Source: Chrysomallon squamiferum (Eukaryota > Animalia > Mollusca). Taken from it: a stretch of DNA of 64,000 nt. The position numbers were made by a program, and so were the translations under genes. Position 1 is the first letter of the stretch. The number at the start of each line of letters is the position of its first letter. Location: NCBI GenBank assembly GCA_012295275.1, contig CM022669.1, forward strand, positions 17,608,001 through 17,672,000, read 5' to 3'. A model generated the notes under the pieces. That model did not search any database. It worked only from the letters and a program-made list of their open reading frames with translations, and was not told the DNA's origin. Shown in pieces: positions 12,501 through 25,646 of the stretch.

Positions 12501-15500
12501 ATTCCTAAAGCATATTAAGGCAAAGATTATGAAAAATAAAATACAATATACAACTGATATATATTAAACTTTTTCTTTTTTTTTAACAGAATATTACCAT
12601 CTGATTGAGTGGTGTGAATTTCCCAGTTATTGCTTTCAGTCCCTCCTGAGCCACAAAGCCACCAACAGCTGCACACATTGGAGCAAGGCAGCCCTGACTG
12701 GTGTACGACAGATGTTGAATCAACACCTCATCAACAACTTCAATCTAATAACAACAACAACAACAACAACAACAACAATAATAACAATAACAACAACAAT
12801 AATAATATTAACAATAATAATAAATAATAATATTATTAGTAGTAGTAGTATTTAGTAGTATATAAAACATAAAAAAAAAAATTAAAATTGTTATGACTCA
12901 ATAATCAGTAATAACAGAAACACAGTAAACCAATCAATGAATAATCTGTTTTGACAAAGTGATTAATAAACGTCACAAAATAAAATATGTAACCAGCTGT
13001 GTACTGATATTATTGTACAAAATTTCTAACAAATGAACAGTTACCTTTTCATTTACAAAACTTATTACTAAACAATAGTCAATATTCATGTTGCAGTCAA
13101 AACATCTTATCACGAAGGAAGTCTTCAACCTATCATTATTTGTTTGAAAATTATCAGATACAAGCATCATTTTGTTGCTACCGCAAAACTTAGTCATTTT
13201 ATTATGTAGTTCTTAAAATTAATAAAAGAAAAATATGGTTCTTTTATTTGATTTATTGATTTATGAATACAGATACTATATATAAAATACCCACTCAATA
13301 CATATACACTTAGGTACTTAAATCCATTCTTATGTATGAAGACATATACTGATCTATTCACTAAATGAATTATGAATCACATTTCAATCGTCTAGACCGT
13401 CAGGAGCTGATGACTTGAAAAATCAATATTCAAACTCTTTCTCCACATTACCTTATTTTCCATCTGCGAATTGACTTCCTTGGCTACGAGAATTAGCTCG
13501 CTGGCATCATTTGGACACCTGTTGGTGTTAAATTACGGAATTACTCCAAAAGAAATCATTAAATATTAACATACGAAAAGAGCTAATATAAAAAATAAAT
13601 AATAATAAAAGGTGTGTACAGTAATAAAATAAAAAATATATATATATATATAGAATAAAAGGTCTGTACACATTGATTTTGATTTCATAAAAATTATTAA
13701 GTGTTTCATGGTGACATATCTGCAGACTTGGTTTTCATTATTTCTTCATGTCACATAAATGTATTGTATTAGTTATTAGTGAATTAGATAAAAATATCTT
13801 TGTTTCCAAAATTTTAGAGAGAGCCTTGATGTAAAAATATAGTTTAAATAAAATTTTGTTTATATGGAAAACTGCATTCTTAGTTTATAAATTAAATCAA
13901 AGTTACACACAGAAAGGCACTGGAGAGAAGAGTGTGGAAGAGTGAAATCAAGGCTATAAAAAGAAACTGATTTTAAAATTTTTTAAATTTTAAAAATAAT
14001 TATTTACCTGACTGCCAAGCATCTAGCCAAAAATAATGTTTGGAGCAGTATAAAAGTAAAGAAAATCATAACACAGTTGTATGAAGTTGTACTTCTCTTT
14101 GGAAAGTTAGCATTTGGTGATTTAAAATCAAAATTTTAATTTTTTTGTAAACTTAATAATTAAAGTAGCTGTATACAAAAAAGACTCTTCTATTCCAAAA
14201 AAAAAAAAAAAAAAAAAATAATAATAATAATAATAATAAAATAAATAAATAAATAAATAAATAAAAATTATAATAATAATAATAAAAATTACAGTATAGC
14301 TATAAATAAACAAACAAAACAAAAAATAAAAAATGAAAACAGCACAATAAGGAATATAAATTATAGATTATAATAACTTTGTAGGAAATCTTTATTTGAG
14401 TTTTATACATGTCCAACCTTTAGCAGACTTAAACTGACAGGCTGTGAGTGAATCAGAGAACTATTACAATACTTACCATACATTAGGTTTTCGTTTATGT
14501 TTTTCACAAAACTGATGGAGAGCTAGAAATCCAAGATGTATGTTGCCTGGAGCCTACAGTTAGAAATATTTTATTCATTTATTTTCTTACTTTCAGTGTT
14601 TCATTACAATGTAAAAACAATTTGTAACCGTGGTTAATGAAGGATGAAAAAGTATAAGAAAAATATTGTTAATAACCCCACTGACTTTGTTTTTAGACTT
14701 TTAACATGAATGAAAAGAATTAAACAGATGATAAGAAGGTAAGTATGACAGAGAAATAGAGAATGTGTGAGATTCAGAGAAAAAGTAATAGGAGAAATGA
14801 ATGATTTTTACTGAATAAATGTAACCTTTAAAGATATTATTGTCTATACAAGTGTCACATTTGAATAAAAAAAGGCTTAGCAGATACAAACAGTACAAAA
14901 TTTTAATTAGTTAAAAATAGTATGTTTGATTTATGAAATAAAAATAAATCAGGAAAAAGATTACCTCAAATTTGGAAAGATCTGGAAATGTGAGACTTGG
15001 AGCCTTGAGTTGTTTCTCCAGACTATTCTATAATAATAATGATTACAATAATAATAACAATAACAATAATAATAACAACAACAATAATAATAACAATGTA
15101 TCAGGAGTTGCAGAATATCTATGTATAGCCCAACTTATTTGTTCTTAGTAAAACAAAGAAAATATACAGTTAGATGACAGATTAAATATAAAGAATATAT
15201 ATGATGCTGAATCACACTTCACCTATATTTTCTTTTTAGCACTTAATTATTATTCCAAATACAAACAATCAAATTATGACAATCTCTACTATCCATAACT
15301 GTGTTTCTGTTGGGAAATATCCAACTCTGGCAGCAAAGCCTGCTGGCTGCGTAAGAAATCACATTTCATGTTGGCAATATTTCTAGAATAATAAATAATA
15401 AAGTAGCTATGATTATGTTTGTATGTTTAAGTAACACTTACAAACGTCATGACTGTCGGCACTTTTACTTGGAGGAGTATACCTTCACCTTCATACTGAC

Positions 15501-15553
15501 CAAATTCAGGCCCTGTTGTGTCACATATACTGAAATCATATGGTGTCAGAACT

Positions 15554-15601
<48 letters not shown>

Positions 15602-16661
15602 AAAAAAAAAAATAAAATAAAATAAAATAAAATTAGAAAACTTTTTTTTTTTTTAAACTAATAAGCATAAAAATATATATATATATATAAAAATAAAAAA
15701 AAAAAAAAAAAAAAAAAAAAAATGTATAAAAATATTACATAAACAGTAAGTAGGAATGATAAAAAAAAAAAAAAAAAAATAAAAAAAAATGTCTCCTGAA
15801 CATGAAAAGAAAAAATAGAATATCTTCATAATTAAAGTTTCAACCAAAGAACATTCATTTGTTTCTGTCATTCACTGTCAAGCATTTGGTACTCCTTATT
15901 TCAAAGGAGAATCATTAAATTTTTTTGCACTCAGTATTTTAATATATGCACAGTCCCACACATATATACGAGCCTTTGGTAACACTTATAAGGAACTGGT
16001 GAAAATAATAAATAGAGAATGGATCCTATGTGAAAAGGACAATTCTTGCCTTAAGCCATGACTCTAACCACTGAGCTACATCTTGCCCCAAATCAACAAT
16101 AAATTTAAGAGAAAATAATTCAGCAGAGAAGTTAAAAATACCTTTAGAATTAAAAATGGTTGTAATAATATTTAACTGTTACAGAGTTAAACTTGATTAC
16201 TATTTTTCATTAGAAATGGAACTGAATGCTATAAAAATACCCTTGACAGTCATAATGCATGGTTTTCCACTGGAAATATAAATGATAATTATTTTTATGT
16301 GATTTACATTTGATGATGCCTTCTTTCAATTAGAAACAGAAATGACAGTCATAAACTAACCCTTGACTATGAACTTTTTTCCATTCAGTGCAGTCATGCC
16401 ACGTATTTCCTTGAAAGTCACTGTGTCTCCATTTTCTAGTCCATGCATTCGCATATCCATAGTTGTAACCACTCCAGGATTTGCCTGTGGTAATTTTAAC
16501 ACAAATTAAAAAAATGTGAAATCAAAGAGACATCAGAAATAAGAAAATATTCTGTTGCAATTTCATAATCAAAAGAAACAGAAAAAGGAGAAAAAATGGT
16601 TTGTACTTAATATGCCTGCAGTATGATAATAATAATTTTAATAATAATAATAATAATAATA

Positions 16662-16695
<34 letters not shown>

Positions 16696-17953
16696 CAATG
16701 ACAATGATGATGATGGTGAACTAAAATGATGATTTAAAACAACATCCAAAAATTTAAAAAAAATTAATAAAGTAAAACTGCACACAAACTCAAACTATTA
16801 ATGTACCTTTGTTATGTTTGAAATAAACACTTCTTTTGGATCTTCCCCAGTGGCATCAACCACTTCAAAGGCATCACCAAAGTCTGCGAAAACACCACCA
16901 AACACACCAAACACATCTGAGGAAATAAACTGGACAAAAGAAACAAAAAAAAGTTTTAAAATTTTAAAAAATCACAGATTAACATACATAAAAAGGAGCA
17001 TCTGATGAAGTTTTCGAATCTGATAATATTCTGAATAGATTAATGAAAGAAAACATGTCAATACTTCAAATTACAATGATTATCAGTGATATGTTTTACA
17101 TGAAACATCAATAGAAGAGGAAACCCAAAATTTCACTTCCATCAACTATTCTTATCAAGCAGGGTTTTTTTTTTTTTTACATGGACCTTCCTACACACAG
17201 GAAAGTACATACCAAAGCATTCTTAGAATAATCAGTTTTGGAGCAATGTCTATGTCTGGATATAGCTTAGAACTGATTTAATAACCACCCATCACTTCAA
17301 TGTCTGATAACAAGTGTACTCTTTTTATTTAAAAACTATCACATGGTTGCTTTTCAAGAGCTATGCTATGAGCTTCTTTTCTCTACACTCTAGGAAGGGC
17401 CATTTAAAATTTCCTTTGATTTAACTGATAAGAATAAGATTATGACTCTAGCATCAGGTTTACTTTATTGTTTTATTTTTTAAAAACCTTATCTTAAAAA
17501 AACATAAAAATCATCATCATTAAAATGCATGCTATTTTTGTTAATGAAAAATTATTTGCTGCATTATTACTTAATCAAGTTCTTTAAATGAGTGAATAAC
17601 CCTCCTAAACTTAAACATTATTACTTTTTTTCCAAAAGCTTTAATTAAAATAGTTTTCCAACCAAATGCTGCAATTCAATTGTACTTGAGACTGGCACTC
17701 ACAGATACTATACCAACTACTTTCCAAAATCTAATTCACTTAAAACAAATTGGCCACACAAGCCAATATAGTGTGCTTTAACCAACGTAGACTATAAGCA
17801 TGAAATCAATTGGAAGCAATATCATGATTACTGTAAATTCTTGATTAGATGCCAAAGTATCTATCTGCTTCATGACTATCTGAAAACCAACCTCTTTTGA
17901 ACAGTCACGAGGCCAATTTTGTTTGTTTTTTTTCACCGAGTATTACACACACA

Positions 17954-17998
<45 letters not shown>

Positions 17999-19746
17999 AA
18001 ATATATATATAATTTTTTTTCAATACATAACACTCAAGACCATCCTTTGGCATAGAGATTGATTATTTATTGGCATTTTTTTATTTTTTTTTTTTTTTTT
18101 TTGTACATAAACCCCAGAAACTTTTTACATTTACACTTTGATGTGAAAACAATATATATAAACATATTAATTACTAAAAATGTTTTCACTGCAATGCAGT
18201 AATACATTTCTTACAAAAAAAACTGTGTTATTTCTCTTCTAACTGAACCACGAGCCTCTGTTCAAAACATGCATGTTTTTATTTGTTTTCAAATGCTCCA
18301 TGACCGGCCTATATTGAAGTATGTACGGTAAAATAATTAACTTAAAGAGATGTGTACCTTTATTTGTGGTGTCTGTTGTCTGCAGAACTTGTTTACTCGG
18401 AGCTGCATGCTCAGTGAGCATTCGCAGAGAATTACACACTGAGGAAATAAAAACATGTAATGAAATACATTTTTTTTCTCTTTTATCAGAACTGTAAAAA
18501 AAAAATAACAACACCGATTTCGCAATATTAATGGTAAAAAAGATCAATACCACACAAGAAGCAATTTCAAAAATAGATTTATCATACATTCATACTATTC
18601 AATTTTATGATATGCGTCAAATAAAAATAATAACAAAAATAAAAATAATGGCAAGAATTAATTATACCTGTTTCAGAATAAAAAAGAATAAATGTAAGCA
18701 TCACTTTTTGTGCTAAAAAACAAACCTTACTAATATAACTACCCACCACCACCACCACTAGTACAACAAAATCTGTTACTTTTGTAATTATTTATATAGC
18801 TATTGCTACTATTACTGTTACTGCCTTTATTACTACCATAATACTATAATTTTTACTGCTACTAAATGTAACTAATACTATACAATTATATATTACAATT
18901 AATGTTTCAATTATTTCTACTACTGCTACTGCCAACACTATTATTGTTATTGCTACTAATACTATACTAATACTATTGTTAATACCATTATTATTATTAT
19001 TATTATTATTCTTACTATTATTACCACTGTTTCCACACTATTGTTATTGCTACTAGCTCTATAAAACTGCTACCATTAATACTATTATTACTGTTTCTAC
19101 CACTGCCATTACTTCCACTAATATTATTATTGTAATTGCGATTAGTCCTATTACTACCACTGCTGCTGCTGCTGCTGCTACTACTACTACTACTACTACT
19201 TATATTATTGCTTCTAATGCACCAGCTTCTACTACTCCCATCAACAACAGTTTTATTGTCACTACTACCACTACAACAACTACAATACAACTACTTCCCT
19301 GTTCATGTTACTTACTAACAACAGTAATAATTCTGATTACAGAACAGATGTAATAACACACTTCTGACATCAATTTTATAAACCATTTTATTTATTTGTT
19401 AATATGCTGCATATACAATTAAATGGATTTTGTTAATTGGTGTTTACCTGGAATTTATGACATAAATTTAATAAACCATTTTATTTATTTGTTAATATGC
19501 TGCATATATAATTAAGTGGATTTTGTTAATTAGTGTTTACCTGGAATTCTTTGAGGTAAGACAGATCTGTATCCTCTGTGAGAGGAAATGTCAAGGTCTG
19601 TACTGTCACGTAGGGGTTTAGTTCAGCTAATCTACCTGCACTAGACTCAGCTCTGGAAAAAAAAAAAAAAATAATAATAAAAAATAAAAATAATATATAA
19701 TAAATAAATAAAAAAATAAATATATAAAAAAAATAAATATACAAAA

Positions 19747-19801
<55 letters not shown>

Positions 19802-22800
19802 AAAAATAAAATAAAATAAATGACAGAAAAAAGTAAAGGGCAAATTAAAAAAACAAAAAAAAAAAACAATTACTAAATTACAAAAAAAAAAAAAAAAAAA
19901 AAAATAAATAAATAACAATAAGTAAATAACATAAAAGAAACAATCTTAAGACCATCACCATAATATCTGCAACACAAACAGAATGCTAAAATCATTATAT
20001 CAATTTTCCATCAATCTGTACAATTATGTTTTACATCTGTTATAGCTTTAATTCTGGACACACAAATTAATTAAATGCTATCTGATACTTTAATGGCTAA
20101 CACAGAAGATGAACCATGTCTGACTTGAGTGAATCTGACAGGAATACAATGTGATTTCACATGACAGAACACACCCAGTGTGCATATGTCCATATCTCTG
20201 ACACAAACAAGTTAGTGAAACTAGTATTTGCTATTGTTGGTCAAATAAATAGTCAGTATTTAGTTCACTCCAGACAAAATATGTAATTTTAAGTTATTCC
20301 AAACAAAAAAACTACTCATAAAATTCTTGCATTATCCCAAATGTTTGATTAAAGAAGATATTTGCAACTGGTATCTAGAAATCATATTCTTTCATCTTTC
20401 TCAGATGTATTTTACAAGCAGTATTTGTAATTTATTGGTATACTGGGAAAGAAACAATCTGCTGTCTATCTATATTATCAAATTTATTTGACAACTGAAT
20501 TCAATCAGAAGACACTTACTGTTATAAGGTACACACAACATATGTTTAATCTATATAATTATATAAACTTATACAGATCATAAGAGAAAAAAAAATCTCT
20601 TTTTTTAATTAGCAGCAAGGATTATTTTGTATTTATATATCTATCTAGGATGATACCTCTCTCTCTATCTTTTCCTTTATAGATCTACAGATAGAGATAT
20701 GCATATTTACAAAGTTTATGAACCACACATTCAGATAAACAAGTCATGGATTACTAGTTAGGACTGGAAAAAGCTACACCATAAAGAAAGAAACAGGTTG
20801 GGATGTCTTTCAGTGGAGTATCACTTGTCTTCTTGTTTCATATGAATATAAGCAAAGTAAAACTGATACATGACTGGTTGATATTACATTGTGTTGACCT
20901 CTTGTTAAAACCATTCATGAAAAAAGATCAAAATCAATTTAGAAACATATATAAAAAAAAAAAAAAAAAAAAAAAAAAAGATTAAACTGATAAAACTCTA
21001 TTACCAGTAGCATATTAAAATGGACAAAACCCAGCATTTTCCCTTTAAACATCTGGCAAACATGCACATTAACATAAAATTATAGCTCTTGGTAAACAAC
21101 ATAGTGATTATTAACTCCCATTTAATCCTTTGTCTTTGTCAAATGTGTGTTATACTGAACAACAATAGAATAATTTAGCAAAGTGACCTCTGTTAGTAAT
21201 TTCCTTTGTTATGTATTCCTTCTTATACAGAGAAATCAAATATTCATACTGTTGTTAGGTAATGAATATACAGACAGACAGATGGAAAGATGCTACAGTG
21301 GATTAACAAATTAATGAATGGATAGGGCAAGTCAATGTTCAAGATGATAAAACTGATAAATGGACTAACAGAAAGACACACATATATATATGGACAGATG
21401 GACATTAAACTACTGAACATCATAGTTAAATAAATGCAACAAAAGAATGAACATAACTAATTAATATTATAAAACAAATAGTTTTCTTTTTTCGTAAAAA
21501 GGGTACAAAATCATTTTTATTTTATAAGAATTTTTTTTTTTTTAAACAAGTGGTTCAGGACCATCTTATAATATGAAACAACACACACACACACACAATC
21601 TTGATGACCATCTAACAATATGAAACAAATAATGCACTTAAAAATACACACAACAAACCTAATACAATACCAAACATAATTTTTACAAATTACATGCAGC
21701 AACTTTCAAATCGTCATTAATATTTATGCTTCTGTTATCTCATTAACAGACAGTTGACATCAGACTGGGTGAAAAGCGGTTTCAGTATAATTAAACAGCT
21801 GTTGGGAGCGAGTGCACTGGGGTTTGTTGTTTCAAAACTAATTCCACGATAATGACGGGTATAATGATGACCTCAGTTGGTCCCCGATCGAATGTCTTGT
21901 GATATTTCAATTTCCACGTCACCTCTGCTGCTATAACCAAATGGCAATTAATAACAAGCAGCAGAATTAATGCTGGAACAATGCTGCTTCAGTTTGGCAG
22001 GGCACCCGTCTGTTAATCAAATTACTGGGAGGCCGGTGTAAGCTCGAATGACCTTTAAGATTCTGGTCAAATGGCGCCTCTGCTAGATCAATGGAAGAAT
22101 AAATAAAATTCATTTAATGGTTTATTTAAGTAATGTGAGACACATCCAAATTATTTTCAATGTTAATTGTTAATGTCACAGGTTAAGGGTTTCAAAAACG
22201 TATTTTTCTGAAACCTGTGAAAAAATAAATGATTATTTATTTAATGTTAAGCTGTATCCAAAATATTCTTTATGTTTGAAACTGTTAATCTCTCTTAATG
22301 TTATCTTAGTAAAAGATTTCAAATATTTGTTAACCAGTGTAAATGCAAGTAGTCTTTAAGATTCTGATTAAATGACAGTTCAAAATCTCTGAAAGAATGA
22401 ATAATTATTTAATGATAGTAACATCCAAATATTTTATATGTCAGTTGTTAATATTCTAGGTTGATGTTTAAAATATTTACTATTCTTAAACCAGTGTAAA
22501 AGGAAACACAGACTTTAAGATTCTGATTAAATGATGGTTCAAAATGAATAAGTTTTTAATGCTAGTCATATCCAAAACATTTTTTGACCAAAGATTTCAT
22601 TTGTTATTCAGAGACCAGTGAAAGAATGTTCAGAAGATTTTTTATTTAATGATAGTCATATCCAGAATATTTTAATGCTAATTTTGTTAATTTTGTTAAT
22701 GTTACTAGGTCATAGGTTTCATATTATTAAAAGAAAAAACCCCACTAACAACTGTAGTAATTAATAAATATATATATATATATAGCTGTTGGTGGGTTTT

Positions 22801-25023
22801 TTCTTTTAATAATAAAATAACTTTATGGCAGGCCAACAGCTACTCTTATTAATTAAATTTAAAAAAAAAAAAAAAAAAACATTCTGTAAACTTTAAACAG
22901 ACAAGAAAAAATAATCAACAAAATCAACAACAACAAAAAAAAAAAAAAAAAAATAGGAAAAAAAAGAAAGAACATTTTTAGCAAAAGAACACAGGTTAGA
23001 TCAGGAATCAATTCTAAGAATGGACATTTGTTCTGTTTCTCATTCAATCAGAATGTGACTGGATGGTAAATGATAAGCCATAGTTTTATGTATTCCAGGA
23101 TGTCAAATCAACTTTACTTGGTTAAGTGCAACAAGGATCAAGCACACCATTCATGGACACAACTTCATGACACCCAGCCATGAATAAATGAATGAACAAA
23201 TATTTTACAGTGTCCCAGAACAAGGTTTTGGCACTAAGTACAAAATTATAGATAGATTTTGATAAAATAGTTCTGTATTTTGAAATGAAGCAACATCAGA
23301 AATGTTTGGATCCTAAACTGCTAAAAAAAAATTATATATGTAATAAAGTTTCAGTGTTACCCACTGTTTGATAAAAGTATGTCTGGATTATATACCTACT
23401 GATAAAGCACACCCAAAGGTGGCAGCCACACTTTATATATGCCCATCAACAGTATTTGTTCAATTTCATTAAAAAAAAAAAAAAAAAAAACATAATAAAA
23501 AATAATAATAAATAAATAAATAAATTAATTAAAAAAAAAAAAAAACTAAAAAAAAATAAAAAAAATAATAGTAATACCAGGATGAGAACAAAGATGTTTA
23601 AAACTGAAATTTAAAGACAAATTTTACAAAAACTGAACTGGATGTTGTCTGTAATTTATCACTAACATTGACGAAACCAGTTGGCAAAGTGAACAGTTCT
23701 TAAACCCCCAAGACATTTCTGTTCTTCATCAGTAACAGAATTGTTTTCTTTTGTTTTTGTTTTTTTTATTAACTAAACCTTCTCAGTTAACAGTATAATG
23801 GGGGTTTTTTTCATCCATTTTTTTAATTTTTGGGAACATTTTAAATTGAATATTTTTGTTTTCTAATATTAAAACAGCAAATATTTCTACTTAATTAAAT
23901 TTTATTCTGCCGACCTACTTTTATATTAAAATATACATATCATTATTATTATTGGAATGATTATAATTAAAACTGTCCAGATTTATCATTTTATGACTTT
24001 AATTTAATATAATTAAAATTAACCAATGAAATGTGTATTTAAAGATGTTACTATGTTTTTAATCACATCCTGTTTATAATAACAATCTAGTTACAGTGTT
24101 ACAGTTTAACTACATTCTACTAAATCTGTGGTGTCACTTAGGCATGAAACAAATTTCCTTTTGGTGTAAAAATATATTTTTTTTAAAACTCATTCTATCT
24201 GAAAAGAGAGATTCAAACTAATTAAAATACTGAACATTGTTATCCAAGTTAATGTCACTGAAATAAAAATGTATTATGTTGTGCAGAAAGTATTTTTAAT
24301 GTGGAAAAGGTTATTTTTATATTAACAGGCCCAAAAAAAACGTTTGAAACAAATAATTTGATAATAATCATAAGAAAATATAATAAAAAAATAGAATATG
24401 AAAAAATAAATAAAAGAAAAAAATCAAATCAAATATTAGTTAATAAAATGAATAAATAGAAATCTTATAAATAAATAAATAAATAAATATATAAATAAAT
24501 AAATAATAAACTGAAAATAGAAATAAAATTCAAATTAGCAAAAAATACAGATAAAATAAAATAAACAATTAATAATTATCATCATGATTAATAAGTTATT
24601 TACAAACAGTAATTAATTTTTGTTTTAATTCATTTATTTATTTTATTTATTTATTATTATTCTTTGATTTTTAGTATAGAACAAGGATCAGACATGAGTT
24701 TACAAAACAATATTGCATTTACGACCAACCCTCTGTAACCATGGTGATTTACTAAACACTGTGGTCAGGTGATACATCTCCTGAGAGTGAAAAGGACAAT
24801 TAATTAATGTTAGTGAAATAAAAGTCGTGAAAATCAATAAAAGTCTTAACTGTAGCTTCATTCTGTCACTGTGACAGCAGAGGTTCGTTAAGACAAAGGG
24901 TGTAGTCTGGGAGTCAAATTTAAAAACATGACACCCAACTTCTTTGAAAAGGTAAAAAAAAAAAATTCAACTGGTATTTTGTGTTACACCAAATAAATAA
25001 TAATAAAATAAAACAAAACAAAA

Positions 25024-25071
<48 letters not shown>

Positions 25072-25590
25072 GTAATAATGAAATAATGAAAGAAAGAAAG
25101 AAACAAATAAATAAATAATGAAAGAAAGAAAGAAACAAACAAATAATTAAATAAATAAATAAATATAAAACAAATCTATCTCTCTCTCTAAATTTAAAAA
25201 GAAGAAAGTTTTATTATAATCGTATTCCAGTATCTTTATGCTATTATCATATTTCCCTTGTCTAATTTATAAAAATGTATTTTCATGTTAAAAAAAAAAA
25301 AATACTATTTGCATTATTAGATTTTTTTATTTTTTTAACTTATAAACACATGCCATATATCTATCTATCTGTATGGTGTTGCTGGAATGAAACAGACTTG
25401 CTTATTCAATAAAAAATAATAAATAAATAAAAACTATACTTTTTCTCTTTGTTAATAATTTGTTTTAGAAGACAGAAGTAATTTTTTCTGGACACCAAAG
25501 ACAAACTGCAATAAATAAATTATGTAAATAAAAATATTGATGTTTTGTTGCAAACTAACAATAATTTTAAAAAGACTGACTTTATATCAT

Positions 25591-25646
<56 letters not shown>

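Noticed and set aside
16062-16089. tRNA gene
   Set aside because: Only the A-box/D-arm-like head is present; there is no anticodon or T-arm cloverleaf, and the downstream sequence matches the SINE body.
21862-21930. C/D snoRNA starting at ATGATGA in UBA6 intron 4
   Set aside because: It is antisense to the host transcript and has no D box (CTGA) or terminal stem at a suitable distance.
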